Part shown: positions 33,401 to 46,800 of the stretch, in pieces
Position numbering within the stretch: position 1 is the first letter of the stretch
How the letters are laid out: every line of letters starts with the position of its first letter
NCBI RefSeq assembly: GCF_006345805.1
Contig: NC_042997.1
Coordinates: forward strand, 168,020,001-168,084,000
DNA length: 64,000 nucleotides
Origin: Octopus sinensis
Lineage: Eukaryota
Reading direction: 5' to 3'
Translations under genes and position numbers: made by a program
Notes under the pieces: generated by a model
Told to the model about the DNA's origin: nothing
Databases searched by the model: none
Seen by the model: the letters and a program-made list of their open reading frames with translations, nothing else

Positions 33401-36076
33401 ATAGGATAATGCTGTATTTGAGGAGTGTAGAATTAAGGAAACACTTTTGAAGTGAGTGGATCTGATGCAACCAGCAAGAAAGTTTCAAATGTAGGGTATT
33501 TGTTTTGGGCTTAATCAAGATTCTCTAGAGTTCAAGACCATTTTTATATCCTAGATATCATTTATAGAAAAAGCTCAATGCTCATGATCATTAGTGATTA
33601 GCACTTTTTTTATCTCAGAAGACTTGTTCTCTAAGTTTGTGCTATATTCTTCTCTAAAGCACTTGTTCTTCAAATGCTTTACCTGTAGTAAGACATCATG
33701 GGTAAATTATTTTCTTGACAGAATATGAAAATTATTGAAAGTGAAAGGTGTTAGCTGTCTCGACAACAAACAGTGATATACCAATGTAATTGCTCTACCT
33801 TTTAAAATTAACATAAAGACACACAAACTTCCAGAAGATTGGTACACATTTACTTGAAATTTTTGAAAAAAATGTGTGTTTGTCAGGACACAGCTAGCAC
33901 AGATCTTGACTCTGTCCTGATATGCAGTTTGTACGAGATGAATTCACTAATGCCTTGAGGTGGGTTGATCTGAAAGTCAATGCAACCAAAATAAAAGTTT
34001 TATTAACTGCCTTTACGAGTGAGCAGAAGTGTGTTCGTACATGCCTCAATTACAGTAAGTGGATGGGTTGGTTTAATTCAACTCTCCATCCCTACCAACC
34101 AACAAATCCAACAAGTGACACATAAATATAACCCATGGTACTATAAGACTGGTGTCTAGTCCATATTCCTGAAAAGGCATCACACATCATATTAAGATCT
34201 AGTATTTAGTTCTTTGCTGCCTCTGTGAAATTTGATTTATATATACTGTCAATTAACCCTTTCGTTACTATATTTCTGACCAAAATACACCCCTTATGTG
34301 TTTCAATTAATTTCTAACATAATCATAAATTTAGTCTGGTTTCATTAAACAACTATAACTTTTTTATTTATCAATATATTAATGTGATTTTTGGAAGATA
34401 ATTTAATGAAATGTTCTCAACCAATTCTATACTATAATTTTTGTCACAAAGTGACTCTAATTGCAGGTAGATACAGGTAAATTCAACAAAATATAAAATT
34501 ATTAAAATTTTGTTCAAACATCGCTATAGAAAATGGGTTATTAGCTAATATTCAATTGGGTATACAAGAAAATTTTACGATAGAATTTGTTATTCTGGGT
34601 AACTTTCTGATACCCATAATAATATTTATGGCAAAATAGTCTTAATTTCATTTAAGGTTGTGGGAAACCACTAACTATCCTTTCTTTCGCTTTGTTTACA
34701 TTTAGCGTAACGGTTCGTTTCCGCCATAATGATTTCAAATAGGCTCATTCGAAAAAGTAAAAAGAAATAGTCTAGTCTAAGGCTTTACTCTCCTGGGAAA
34801 GTCTGTGGCTTGGTCCAGTTTCTTCAGAAAAATCACCGAAAGAAACAGTTTTTAAATTTTCACTCCATTCAGGTGCCAATTCATTTTCTTTATCGCTGTC
34901 GGAGCTCTCGGATTCACTGTTTTCACTTTCGGAAAATGAAACATCAGATTCATTATCAAATGCCATGTGCTTTTTTTTTTCAGTCATAGAGTTAGATTTA
35001 TCAAGGTCTTCAGTAGAAAATCCTTCGAATTCTGACTCGCTGCTTGATATAATGAAATTCGTATCCATTTTTTGTCAGAATTACAAATTTTGAAAACACA
35101 ATAGGAACAAATTTTGGAAAAAAATCTCCCAAAATTCACGGAATTAAAATTACACTTTGATCGTTGTACAAAACTGTAGATGAACTGTTTACGAAGTATA
35201 ATCACATGTTTTCACGAATGTACTAAAGAGATTTGCTCTGATATTCTCATTTAAATATGAATAGGTAAATACGGGCGGGTTTGGGCGGTTTGGTCACATT
35301 AACCAAAATTTTTTTCGGGCGGCTTTGGGCGGTTTGGTAACGAAAGGGTTAAAGGTATTTGATAACAGATGTTTGAGAAAAATATTGCATGTTCACTTTG
35401 TTGATCAAATGCAGGTGTTTGCATTTGTGAATCCACTGAACCCATCCTAGATATTTTACCCACCCTAGATAGATATTCATTCTTGGTAGTCCATTGATCT
35501 CCAGTGAAGACAGTCTGTGGTGTCAGCAGTGAGAATGCATGTGGCACTGCAGCCCAAAGCCAGAAGCACACAGGTGCCCACGGGTTGGACTCTGGTAGTC
35601 TGTGATCAGGACTGAGGATGATGCAGCCCAGTGACATTTGTCTCATATCATCATCATCGTTTAATATCCGCTTTCCATGCTAGCATGGGTTGGACGATTT
35701 GACTGAGGTCTGGCAAACTAGATGGCTGCACCAGACTCCAATCTGATCTGGTAGAGTTTCTACAGCTGGATGCCTTTCCTAATGCCAACCACTCTGAGAG
35801 TGTAGTGGGTGCTTTTATATGCCAATGGCACGAGGGCCAGTCAGGCAGAACTGGCAGCGGCCACACTCAAATGGTGCTTTTTATGTGCCACCTGCACAGG
35901 AGCCAGTCCAGCAGCACTGGCAATGACCTTGCTCAAATGTTTTTTTTTTCACATGCCACCAGCACAAGTGCTAGTAAGGCGACACAGGTAACGATCATGC
36001 TCAATGGTGTTTTTAACGTGCCATTGGGACGGAGGCCAGCTTGTTGCTCTGGCAACGATCTCACTCATATAGTACC

Positions 36077-36140
<64 letters not shown>

Positions 36141-39100
36141 CATACACACTCACACACGTGTGTGTGTATAATATTTACAATGTGGACAAAACCGTTCTGA
36201 ACTTTTCTACACAAGTCAATAGAGTTCATAGGAATTAAGTAAAGGGGTACAATGAAGGATGTGAAAGGGGGATATAAGAAAAATATAAATGCACATCTCT
36301 CTGTTATTTTATCTGAATGTTAATGTTTGTATCTTTGCAGTGTGTATAAAAGAAGTTGAACTATTCCTTAAAACTGTACCTCCTGAATCCAAGTCTAATT
36401 TCAATGAACTGAACAAACTCTTTAGAGAATTCTGTAAAGGTTCCAAAAGCAAAAGAGAAAGATTTGTAAGTAAAATGATAATCTTTGTTAAAATTTTTTA
36501 TGCTTTTATTTTACGATATACAGTGACCTTAAGGACTTGGTTATTGTCCGCATGCTTATATATCCAACCTTTGCTATTGTTTTGTGTATATTGCCCTGCC
36601 TCAGTCTGTTTGACTGCAGGATGTCAATATCTTAAAACAACTGAATTTATAAAATTTATCATTCCCATGCTAGCTTTGAAAAATGAATAGAAAAGAATCC
36701 TCATCATCACCATCATCATTTTAATGTCTACTTTTCCATGCTTGTATGGGTTGGATGAAATTTATTGAGGCAGATTTTCTATGGCCAGATACTACTCTTG
36801 TTACCAACATTCACTTGTTTCCAAGCAAAGTGATGTTTTCTCATGGTCCAGACATTTTTTTCACAGATTGCAAACAATACTGTTTGAATGGTGGTGACAT
36901 TTGTTTACAGTAAGTGTACAATGTCGACAAAGTAACACACACACTCAACAGGCTTAGTTTTTATTTTAATTTCTGCTTTCCAAATTCAACCACAAGGCCA
37001 TGCCCTACCCAGACCTTTAGTAAAAGACTCTTGTCCACCAATATACTTCACAGTGGGACTAAACCTGAAGCCACATAATTGCAAAGTAAAACTTCTTATC
37101 TGTACAGCCATACCTGCATTTATCCTTTTTTTAAATCATTTTTGTATGCTTTATATTTGTTTTTTAAAGGTTACAAACACTTTCTTTTAACTATTTAAAA
37201 TTCATGAAACTGGTTTCACATTGTTAGTTGTTCTGACCATCACTGATCGCGGATCCTGGGTGGATGTTGTTTACCTGGACTTTGCTAAGGCTTTTAACTC
37301 TGTGCCACACAAAAGACTTATGGTGAAGCTTTCTGCGTTGGGTGTAAGAGACGAACTCTATAACTGGTTGAAGTCCTTTATTTTCAGCCGAAAAGAGGTT
37401 GTCACAGTTCTAGGACAGCACTCTTCGCCCTATGAGATGACATCTGGTGTACCACAGGGATCTGTTCTTGGCCCCCTTTTATTTGTTGCATATGTTAATG
37501 ACATAGATGCCAACTTAAAGAATGCCACAGTGCTGAAATATGCAGATGACATCAAGCTGTACCTCGAAATAAAGAGGTCAAATCCTGTACACTATAGATC
37601 TCTATTGCAAGCAGACCTGGACACAATGCAGCAGTGGATCATGGACTGGCAACTCAAGCTGGCTGTGGATAAATGTACCACCATGCATTTTGGGAGGAGA
37701 AACCCAGCGTCCACCTACTCCCTCCACAACACTAGTCTCAAAAAGTCTTCATGTGAACGTGACCTGGGTGTTATTGTCGACAGTGATTTGCGTTGGACAA
37801 AACACATCGCTAAAATTGTCAAGAAGGCTGAGGGTGTCTTGGCATCACTCACCAAATCCTTTGTGAGCCGCTCTCCGGCTATCTATCTGCGGCTTTATAT
37901 AGCTATGGTAAGACCTCACCTGGAATTTGCATCACCGGTCTGGAACCCCTATCTTGCCCAGGATATCAATCGTCTGGAAGCTGTTCAGCGACGTGCAACC
38001 AAAAGAATACCCTCCATCAGGCATTTGCCATATCCTGAACGCCTTACTTCCCTGGGCATGGACACATTGAAACTCCGACATCTGGCAGCTGACTTGGCAG
38101 ACACTCATAAAATTATCAACCATCGTACAAACAATAACTCTGAGCACCTTTTCAAACTCCACCCATCTAACACTCATGGACATATTTACAAAGTAAGAAA
38201 ATGGCACAGCTCCCATGACTTCAGGAAACATTTTTTCACGCTGAGAGTTGCTGAAGCATGGAACAAACTGCCGGCATCAGTTGTTAGTTGTCGGAGCACT
38301 GCATCCTTCAAAACTTCCATGCTTCCTGAGATTCGCCAACACTACACTTGATTTTCTCCCCTCCATACACACACAAGCATGTATCTGACTCATACATTGT
38401 TCGCTTTCCAGACATTTCTACATTACTGCATGTACTTTATATGCACTTTCTGACAAGTTGTGGTGCACCTGAGCACTGTATACAATAATTTCATTATTAT
38501 ATTATTGTTATGGATCAACCATGATTGTATAGGATGACTTAAAAAATCCTTTTAGCATGTCAATTTTATATGTGATTTCAATACAAAAGGGACTTCGGAA
38601 TCACTTTGCATAATTTGAATGAGACTGGAAATCTTGCAATTGTGAAATTGAGAGCAGTAGAATGCCTATAAATATGAATTGATTTTAAATTGTTTCTTAA
38701 AGAGAGTGGCAGGCAGGAAGGGATGAGTCAGAATTTCATTTTATTTCCATGTCATAACACTTTCTATTTCATTCATCATTTGCTGACCATTGCTGTTTGA
38801 GAAAATGTACATCTGGCTGAAAAGTGAACATTGCACAGACTCATCCATCTTTGCATAGCAGAATGGGAAAATGACTATTGTTAACTGTTTCATTAATAGT
38901 AGTATTTCATAATATTTAGTAATTTCTTTGGCCTGTTCACTGCTGATTACTCTTTCTGGTTACAAACATTCTTCTCTCATTTCAGTGTTATTATATAGGA
39001 GCTTTAGAAACATCAGCTACCAACATTATCAATGAGATGACTAAACCATTGACCTATAGTCTACCAGTTGAAAAAGTTTGTCAAAAACTGGAAAAGATAG

Positions 39101-40233
39101 ATCGTCAGATCTGTGATTTGAAATATGGTAATTATCATCTTTTTTTATTTTATTTTATCAATGGTAGATTTAGATACATGGATTAATTTTCCTGTGAATC
39201 CTCTACTTAACCTGGATTTGATTCTTGAATTGCTGAAGCAAATCTTATTCTTTCATAGTTCCATACTCAGTTTTACCCAATCATATTAGGCTCAGTTTTT
39301 ATTTCACATCAATGCATATTTATCAAATAGCTGAGTTGCCTTCATTGATGTTCCACAGTAATCATTAGCACACACACGTATTAATGGGGTTCTGCAATGT
39401 TCGTCCCTCAGATTCTACTAACAACTTATTACTCAACCTAAGGCTATGGTTAATGGATAATTACTCAAGGTTCTATATAAGGTGAGCAAGCCCAGAACCA
39501 TTTGGTTATTAAAACAAACTTTTTAGCTACAAATACATTGAATCAGAAAGGATGCCATGTCTTACTAAGTAAGACATGCTCTTAAACCTTTAGCAACTTT
39601 TTATAGAGGGCCATCCCTCCATAAGTACCATAATAGTAGCTAGGTATGCCGTATACCTTTGAATAGCTTCTCTATGAAGTTTTAGCGAGTGGATATTTTA
39701 ACTTGCATAAACATTCAAAAGCCATTGTTAGAGAGAGCATCTAGGAAGGACCTTTGGGACTATATAGAGTCCTAGAAGTTTTGTTTTTAACACTTGAATT
39801 ATGTAAAATGAGTCTTATAAGCCACTGGGTATAAGGCTACAATGATCTATTTAAGAAAAATCTATTACCATGTTGCTGTTACTTATAGTTGTGAACTATA
39901 CCAGCATCTAATACCTATTTTACAGCTAGATAGACAGGTCACAGACTATGTCCATAGAAAAAAAATTGAAGATATTAAAATATACTTGTAATTATTTCCG
40001 GTTGACTTAACTATTTATTCCTATTTCATTTTTCAGAAAAAATGATTGACTTAGCAAAAACGAATTTGAAGAAGCTGAAAGTTAAAGATTTGAAGAAGAT
40101 ATTATCACAATGGGGAGAAGACGGAGCATGCAAAGGATGTGCTGAAAAATCTGATTTTATCAAAGTCATTGAAGAACTAATGCCAACTTATGCACCTGAA
40201 GCTTATGCTGCTCGTCAGAATGTAGAATTATGA
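29781..40233 (+). CDS. MANF: MANF/CDNF (ARMET) family ER-stress protein; 4 exons, 552 nt, 183 aa
   Basis: Exons 29781-29868, 36341-36465, 38986-39127 and 40037-40233 join in frame. The protein has a hydrophobic signal peptide, a saposin-like domain (RCEVC..FC..RFCYYIGA..SAT..PL..LPVEKVC.KL...D.QICDLKY), a SAP domain ([27 protein letters not shown]) and C-terminal NVEL. Confidence 0.95.
31855..32522. mobile_element. Old TIR DNA element remnant
   Basis: ggggtaaaatgagta (31855) and tactcattttgcccc (32508-32522); internal copy of the motif near 32203. Confidence 0.5.
33925..34050 (+). pseudogene. Possible highly decayed RT fragment
   Basis: [16 protein letters not shown] resembles the GLxxNxxKTxV motif after YADD in non-LTR RTs; no other support. 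Confidence 0.3.
34253..35352 (-). mobile_element. Internally deleted piggyBac element, copy B, retaining the transposase N-terminus
   Basis: TTAA target-site duplications (TSDs) and the same terminal inverted repeats (TIRs) as copy A; ORF 35068-34772 is acidic and Ser-rich, then W..F..FSEETGP and, after a 5-bp duplication, DYFFLLF, typical of piggyBac transposase N-termini. Confidence 0.88.
36341..36465 (+). CDS. MANF: MANF exon 2 ([42 protein letters not shown])
   Basis: ctttgcag| acceptor, |gtaagt donor; 125 nt. Confidence 0.93.
37227..38503 (+). mobile_element. 5'-truncated CR1/L2-type non-LTR retrotransposon with an open RT frame (37221-38351)
   Basis: [26 protein letters not shown] and [11 protein letters not shown] motifs; 3' UTR ends in a (TTA)-like tail; candidate 7-bp TSD attgtta at 37220-37226 and 38504-38510. 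Confidence 0.92.
38986..39127 (+). CDS. MANF: MANF exon 3 ([47 protein letters not shown])
   Basis: tttcag| acceptor, |gtaatt donor; 142 nt. Confidence 0.95.
40037..40233 (+). CDS. MANF: MANF exon 4, SAP-like domain with CKGC and NVEL*
   Basis: tttttcag| acceptor; TGA at 40231-40233. Confidence 0.95.
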
Positions 40234-40861
40234 CACCTCAAACTGTATATAATTTTGACATTTACCACTTCTCTGTATTTTGTGAAAACTTAACCAAACC
40301 ATGGTCAAACTGTGTTTCAACATACACACAAACTTTATAAAATTTCCCAAAGTAATCAGATGTTTGAAATGTGTGGGGGGAAAAGAATATTCAGTAGTTT
40401 AAAATTCTCATTCTAATATTCTTTTATCATTTCTTTGAAATTACCTCTGATTTCTTCATAAAGCCTCTTGTAAGCAACTCAAGCTAGTTGAAGTCTTCAA
40501 TGTGATGCTATTTATTGCTGCAACTAGCTTTATTTTCTATACATTCACCCTCTCTCTTTGTTTCTCATATTTGACTAAAAACTCCAGAATGAACTGATAT
40601 AATGTTTATTGCAGCCTGTACTTCTAAGTTATCTACAATGTCATATCATCTTTACTACATTCAAACAAAATTGGGAAATTTCAACTGTGGCCTATACTGT
40701 ACAAAAATCCACTAAAACAAAACTACAGAAAATTTACTAAAACAATTACAAAAAGAATTTTTGTTGTTTTTTTTTTTTTGTCATTGTGAAAATATTGTCC
40801 CTCCCTCTAAACATTCGAACTGTGGTGAAAGATCTAGTTTGTTTCAAATTTAATATTTCTA

Positions 40862-40867
40862 AAATAA
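40862..40867 (+). promoter_or_regulatory. Candidate MANF polyadenylation signal AATAAA
   Basis: AATAAA about 630 nt after the stop codon, followed by U-rich sequence. Confidence 0.45.
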
Positions 40868-41340
40868 ATAATGTTTATTTCCATTTGACATTTTTTTGTT
40901 CTTTCAATTCTTCTGTTTTAATTTATTAACTTTAACAGACAATTTAATTGTAGAACACAATTTAACATTCATTACTATGTATGAAAATTCTAAAAGATAC
41001 TGAAAGAAGTATCTGAAGCATTGGAAGGTTTTTGTCTCTTCTACAAAATTCTTATTCATCTGTTCATTCTCAGGTTAATTACCTAAGACTATTTGGTGAA
41101 TATTTTAATGTGTGTGTGTGTGTTGAGAGTTCAGATAAAATTCTTTTATGAAAATGTTTTTTGAATAATAAAACCATTTTAACTTAAATACACAATTTTT
41201 GTTGTTTTTCTGCAATGAAGTCATTTATTTCTGCAGTTGTTTAGTTCCAGGTCAACTTTGACAGAGAAGATGGCATTCCAGCCACAACCATCCCATTATT
41301 ACTTAATGTATCTTTACATAAGCTTGTAATGGGCTTTTAG

Positions 41341-41590
41341 AGTTGCTGAAGTATGGAACAAACTGCTGGAATCATTTGTTAGGTGTCGGAGCACTGCATC
41401 CTTCAAAACTTCCATGCTTCCTGAGATTCGCCAACACTACACCTGATTTTCTCCCCTCCATACACACGCAAGCATGTATCTGACTCATACACTGTTCACT
41501 TCCCAGACATTTGTACATTACTGCATATGCTTTATACACACTTTTGACAAGTTGTGGTACACCTGAGCACTATACAATAATTTCATCATC
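41341..41590 (+). mobile_element. 3' fragment of the same CR1-type LINE
   Basis: Near-identical to 38245-38495. Confidence 0.85.
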
Positions 41591-42045
41591 ATCATCATCG
41601 TTTAGCATGGGTTGGACGGTTCAATTGGGACTAGGAAGCAAGAAGGCTGCACCAGGCCCAGTCTGATCTGGCAATGTTTCTACGGCTGGATGCCCATTCC
41701 TAACACCAACCACTCCGTGAGTATTATTTTATAGAGAGATTTGGCTGCTGTTTCTAGCAAGTTGAGCAACCATGTTGCAAAATAAGAGGAAGAAACATGT
41801 TTTTGCTCATTAATCATATCAGGGCTGCAGTTAATGAGGACATGTGGTGGAAATGCAAAGTGAAACAGTTTACTTTTAATGAAAACATCTATGTGGAAAA
41901 CATTAGCTACTGATGCAGACGCTAACTTTTGAAATGTAAAGACTGTCTCAAACAAGACAAATGAAGTTATTATATAAGTTGATCTATTTCTTGTTTGTGT
42001 AGGAATATCATTACATGCCATGTTTATTTCTTTGGACATTGGTTA

Positions 42046-42438
42046 TCTTTATATATAAAAGTGAAGTTGTGTGTCTGTCTCCTACGATTTAGATTCCTAA
42101 CTACTCCCACATTTTGCGGTGCAGTGTAACCAAAAGCGGGTATCTTATAGTCGTGATTCATATCGAGCCCTTCTGGGTATTAGCGCGCGCGTCTACGATG
42201 AGTCTACGATTTAAAAAAAAATTTACCATCATTTTTTTTCCCATTTTTTAATGCATTTTTTTGCTATTATATAAGGGAAGTAACTCTCTAAAAATGTATT
42301 ATTAAATCTCAGAACGTAAAAAGCTACAGTAACACCCCTCTTTGTGGTTAGCCATATTGAGATATACTTTACATCTCTAAAAATGCTTATATAGTTATTT
42401 CCCTTACAAACCCGAGCAATGCCGGGCGATACTGCTAG
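42046..42438 (+). mobile_element. Non-autonomous Helitron, different family
   Basis: A|TCTTTATATATAAAA 5' end; cccgagcaatgccggg hairpin, then gctag|T. Confidence 0.78.
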
Positions 42439-42867
42439 TTTAAAATATTAGGGTTTTCTAATGTATAGGTGCAGGTATGGTTCTGTGGTTAAGAAGTTTG
42501 TTTCACAACCACATGGTTTCATGTTCAGTCCCACGTTGTTGCACCTTCAGCAAATGTTTTTTTAAGAATACGGCCTCTTGGCCAACCAAGCCTTACAAGT
42601 AGATTTAATAGCCAGAAACTTTAAGCCCTGTGTGTCTGTTCATATCACCTTGTCTTGACCCCACATGCTAAGTGTAAACAAACATCACTCGTAAAAGCAG
42701 TATCATACATTTGTAATCTTCTGTGAAAGCATGTCTGGCCATTGAGCTGTTCATTGTTCAAAGGAATGGGGGGAAATATTAGCTTGTTTCATAACAGTTG
42801 ACAATTGGCAACAAGAAGAGCATCCAGTTGTAACTAGAAAATCTGCCACAACAAATTTCAGCTGAAC

Positions 42868-43200
42868 CGTGGCACCTTGGGCAAGTGTCTTCTACTATAG
42901 CCTCGGGCCGACCAAAGCCTTGTGAGTGGATTTGGTAGAGAGAAACTGAAAGAAGCCTGTCGTATATATGTATATATATATATATGTGTTTGTGTGTCTG
43001 TGTTTGTCCCCCTAGCATTGCTTGACAACCGATGCTGGTGTGTTTATGTCCCCGTCACTTAGCAGTTCGGCAAAAGAGACCGATAGAATAAGTACAGGGC
43101 TTACAAAGAAAAAGTCCCGGGGTCGAGTTGCTCGATTAAAGGCGGTGCTCCAGCATGGCCGCAGTCAAATGACTGAAACAAGCAAAAGAGTAAAAGAGTA
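42868..43200 (+). mobile_element. SINE family A, 5'-truncated; degenerate head also at 42470-42640
   Basis: Matches 20555-20886. Confidence 0.85.
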
Positions 43201-44578
43201 TGCAAGCATAGAAAAGTGGACACTAAAATGATGATAACGTAAGCCTTTTCAGTTTCTTTGTTTTAGTTTTTTATGTACATTTCTTGGCAATATGCTAGCC
43301 TGTACTTGTCTTCAAGTTAGATATTTCTCATTCATAGGTCTTTACACATAAAAACTGCCAATCTGTCGGATATAAGGGACATAAATACATATTGCTACTG
43401 TTCCAAGCAGTCTCAATGCAAAGACAAACATACTTGCAGCACAAACACACACATCAAACATCTAGTTTTTGTTTACCAAATTTCACTCGCAAAGAATTGG
43501 TTAGTCCAAGGCTATTTAGTAGGTGTCAGACAGCAGGACCAAACCTAAAACAATGTACTGCGAACTTCCATATTTCACTTCGACCAATTTTAGAGACTAG
43601 CATCTAAACTGGTTACCATTTAGAAAAGCAATAAATTGAAGACTTCTCTAACATGTTTTTTCTCAATGTATCAGATACAATATATACTCAAGTATTGTGG
43701 TGTCATCTTCGTTTTCAAACAACTTTATTTACTAAAGGAGCTTTTACATGCTAGACTTACCAGCCAGATTCCTTCAACATTCTACCAGCAAAAAAGCAAA
43801 GACAATAGGATGGCCACTGCTAGAATGTCTTTGAGCTATTAGAGCTGACCTGTGGTTAACCACTTTCTGGTTGGTATTCTGCAGCCAAGGATTGTCATTT
43901 CCTTTGTATAATTCATGCAAGCACTTGTCAAATGCTTATAACTCTAATTTTACTCTACATAAGAGTAATAATCTCTTTTCACTCTAAAGCAAGATCTTTA
44001 TAATAGTAACAGATGAACAGAATAAATTTTGAGTCTCTTGATAACAGATAATTTCGGTGCCTTTATAGAAATTGAGCATCTCATGACTTGCAAAGATTCT
44101 GACCACCTTTGCCGGACAAATAACTATTTGTGATCTCAATTGACACCAACAATAATATATGATGGCTTCTGCATCTATAAGTCCATTACACCAAGCCAGA
44201 GTAAAGCCTATTGTCACATAATCTCCAAAGGTTTGGTTGATCCTTCCAGTATAACAATATCCAGATGATCGGAACATGTGACTTGATAAGATTGGGATCC
44301 TGTTTGTAAACCCAAGCCCCACTCTACTCCTGTCTTCAAAAACCCATCTTCTGAAGATGCATTGAAATTGATGTAACCAGAGAAAAAGCTGGCAAGAGCA
44401 AAAATGATTACATTTAGATATAAATGAAAAGCTTTATGTTTATATCACAAGGAAGTATTATGCAACTTTTCCTAAAGAACACATGTGAGGCATATCCAGC
44501 AAGCAAATAGATGGCATGCTATGACTAACAATTTGAGAATTTACCACTATGCAACTGTAGACATCACAATATGATATA

Positions 44579-44811
44579 TTGGGTTGGTGCATAATTATTG
44601 CAGCTTTTTTTCAACAAATTTTATTCAACAAAAACAATAATAACATGTAACATCAACATCTTTAAATGATGATTCTGGAACATATTCACCATCTACTTCA
44701 ATTACTGCTTTTCATTTGCTTGGCAGATGGTCAGACCGTCATTTAAAGATGTTTTTGTTAAATATTATTGTTTTTGTTGAATAAAATATGTTGAAAAAGC
44801 TGCAATAATTA
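44579..44811. mobile_element. Mariner-derived foldback MITE
   Basis: TA|TTGGGTTGGTGCATAATTATTGCAG mariner-like TIR; about 75-bp inverted arms; the core encodes HLPSK*KAVIEVDGEYVPE on the minus strand (mariner C-terminus with one stop). Confidence 0.7.
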
Positions 44812-46384
44812 CTTCTATTAGATTGTACTGAATTTATTTAGAGACAGATTAAAATATTTCTCCTTTACATTTACTCCTTTGATACACATCCTACTGACTA
44901 GTTTTCCATTTCTCTATTTCATATAAGCTGGTACTGCTGTTGGTAAAGAGTATCTCTATCTAGCTATCTGTCTGTCTTAGTCTCAGAGACTAAGATAGAG
45001 ATGTGTTGTTTTTTGGTACCAGCTCATAATGTGTTTGGTGCCAGCCACATTGTCTGATGTAATCCTGCTGCCTCTGACTTCCCAAGCCACTGTATAGACT
45101 CCCCTACCTCTTTTTTTTCTGCTAACCATTTATGAAGCTCAAATCTGAATAACAATGGAATGCTCTACATGTGCAACAGAGCTGCTTCTACAAATACACA
45201 TACTCCAACAGTCTTGTCCATAAAGTTAGTCTCCTCACTCTGCTTTTCTGTCACTATTACAATGACTTCTTGCAGCTGGTTGTTCATTAGCTATTGCCAC
45301 TCAAACCCTCCTTATTTCTTCTCATTTTTCATATTCAAGTCCCATGCTCATTCTCAACAGCCCCTAGATACAGCTCTTACCTCCACACTATACCTTTAAA
45401 AAAGGAGAAAATTGTGATAAATCTGATCAAATATACTTGAAGTGAATATTTTAAAATTATAATCACTTTCACCAGCACAGACTGGTTGAAAGAAAAACAA
45501 AGTGCAAAAATCATGTTCGCTTCTATAGTATTAAATTTATTAGGCAAAATATATCTGTTCTCTGGCAGAGTCAAATTTTGAACGAACAAAGGCTAAATGC
45601 TTGTAAGCTTACAAGAACAATTACGAGATCAAACAAGTTGTTTTAAAATAGATTTCACAGAAAATAATATATAAATAAATAATAAAGGGAGAATAAAAAA
45701 AAAAGTGGATGGAAAAATGAAGGAGAGAAATCTTACTGAAGTTGAAGAAATAGGATTTAGAGAAGAATAAATTATTCAAATCAGAAAGAAATAAAATAAA
45801 AACAAATAAATACATGCTCCTGTTTTTTTAAGGGTTTTTTGTTATTTTTTTTTTCAATAAAATTTAATAAAATTTCTGTATTGCAAACTTCGCAAATATA
45901 GTCATGCTCTTTTTTTCTTTTAATTTATATTATTTTATTTCAATTTATATGCTGCTGTATGAACTACAATGGAAGTAAACCAGTGTTTACACTTCGATGA
46001 CCTAGTTTATAAAGATGAAAAATTTATAGATGAGTCTCCAAAAGAAAGAAAAAAAAAATAAGAGAATGATTAAATGTATGACTCTCCTGCAATATATATA
46101 TATTTCTATGTACACATAAAATATTAGTTCTCCCTCAGAAAACACAAAGCCTGTTAAATTTCTGAAAAACCTCAACCCTGAAATATAAAAATGTAACAAT
46201 TTAAATATATTGATGGAAAAATATAACAAGGAATTTCATAAAATCCACCTTTAAACTCACTAGATTAGGTTTGATATTAAGCATTCCTCAATAATTTAGA
46301 AAACAATTCTTTAAAAAGACAAGCAGTTTATACCAAAAATATCATATTTTATGGTTATTTCCCATTGAACATATGGAAGAGTTT

Positions 46385-46760
46385 GTGTGTATGCGCACAC
46401 GTACACATGCATGCACGCACGCACAGATATATACACTTCAATATATACATTTGCATGTTTATGTATATATATATATGCTTTCTATATATAAGTGTGTGAG
46501 TTTATATATATATATATGCACACATATATACATATATATTACGCATACACTTCATATAAATGCTTGCATGTATATGTATATATACATATGTGTGTGTATG
46601 AGAGATATATTTATACACACACCACACACATATATATATATATACATCCAGCCATATATATATATCTATATATATATATACATATATATGCATACATTCA
46701 TTCATATATACATCCATCCACACGCACACACACACATATATATACATACATACACACACA

Positions 46761-46800
<40 letters not shown>

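Noticed and set aside
36289-36690. 133-aa ORF as a standalone gene
   Set aside because: It is MANF exon 2 plus in-frame intron sequence on both sides.
43984-44433. 150-codon stop-free minus-strand frame
   Set aside because: No in-frame ATG near its start, no recognisable motif and no convincing splice sites; probably decayed repeat or chance. A TBLASTX search would settle it.
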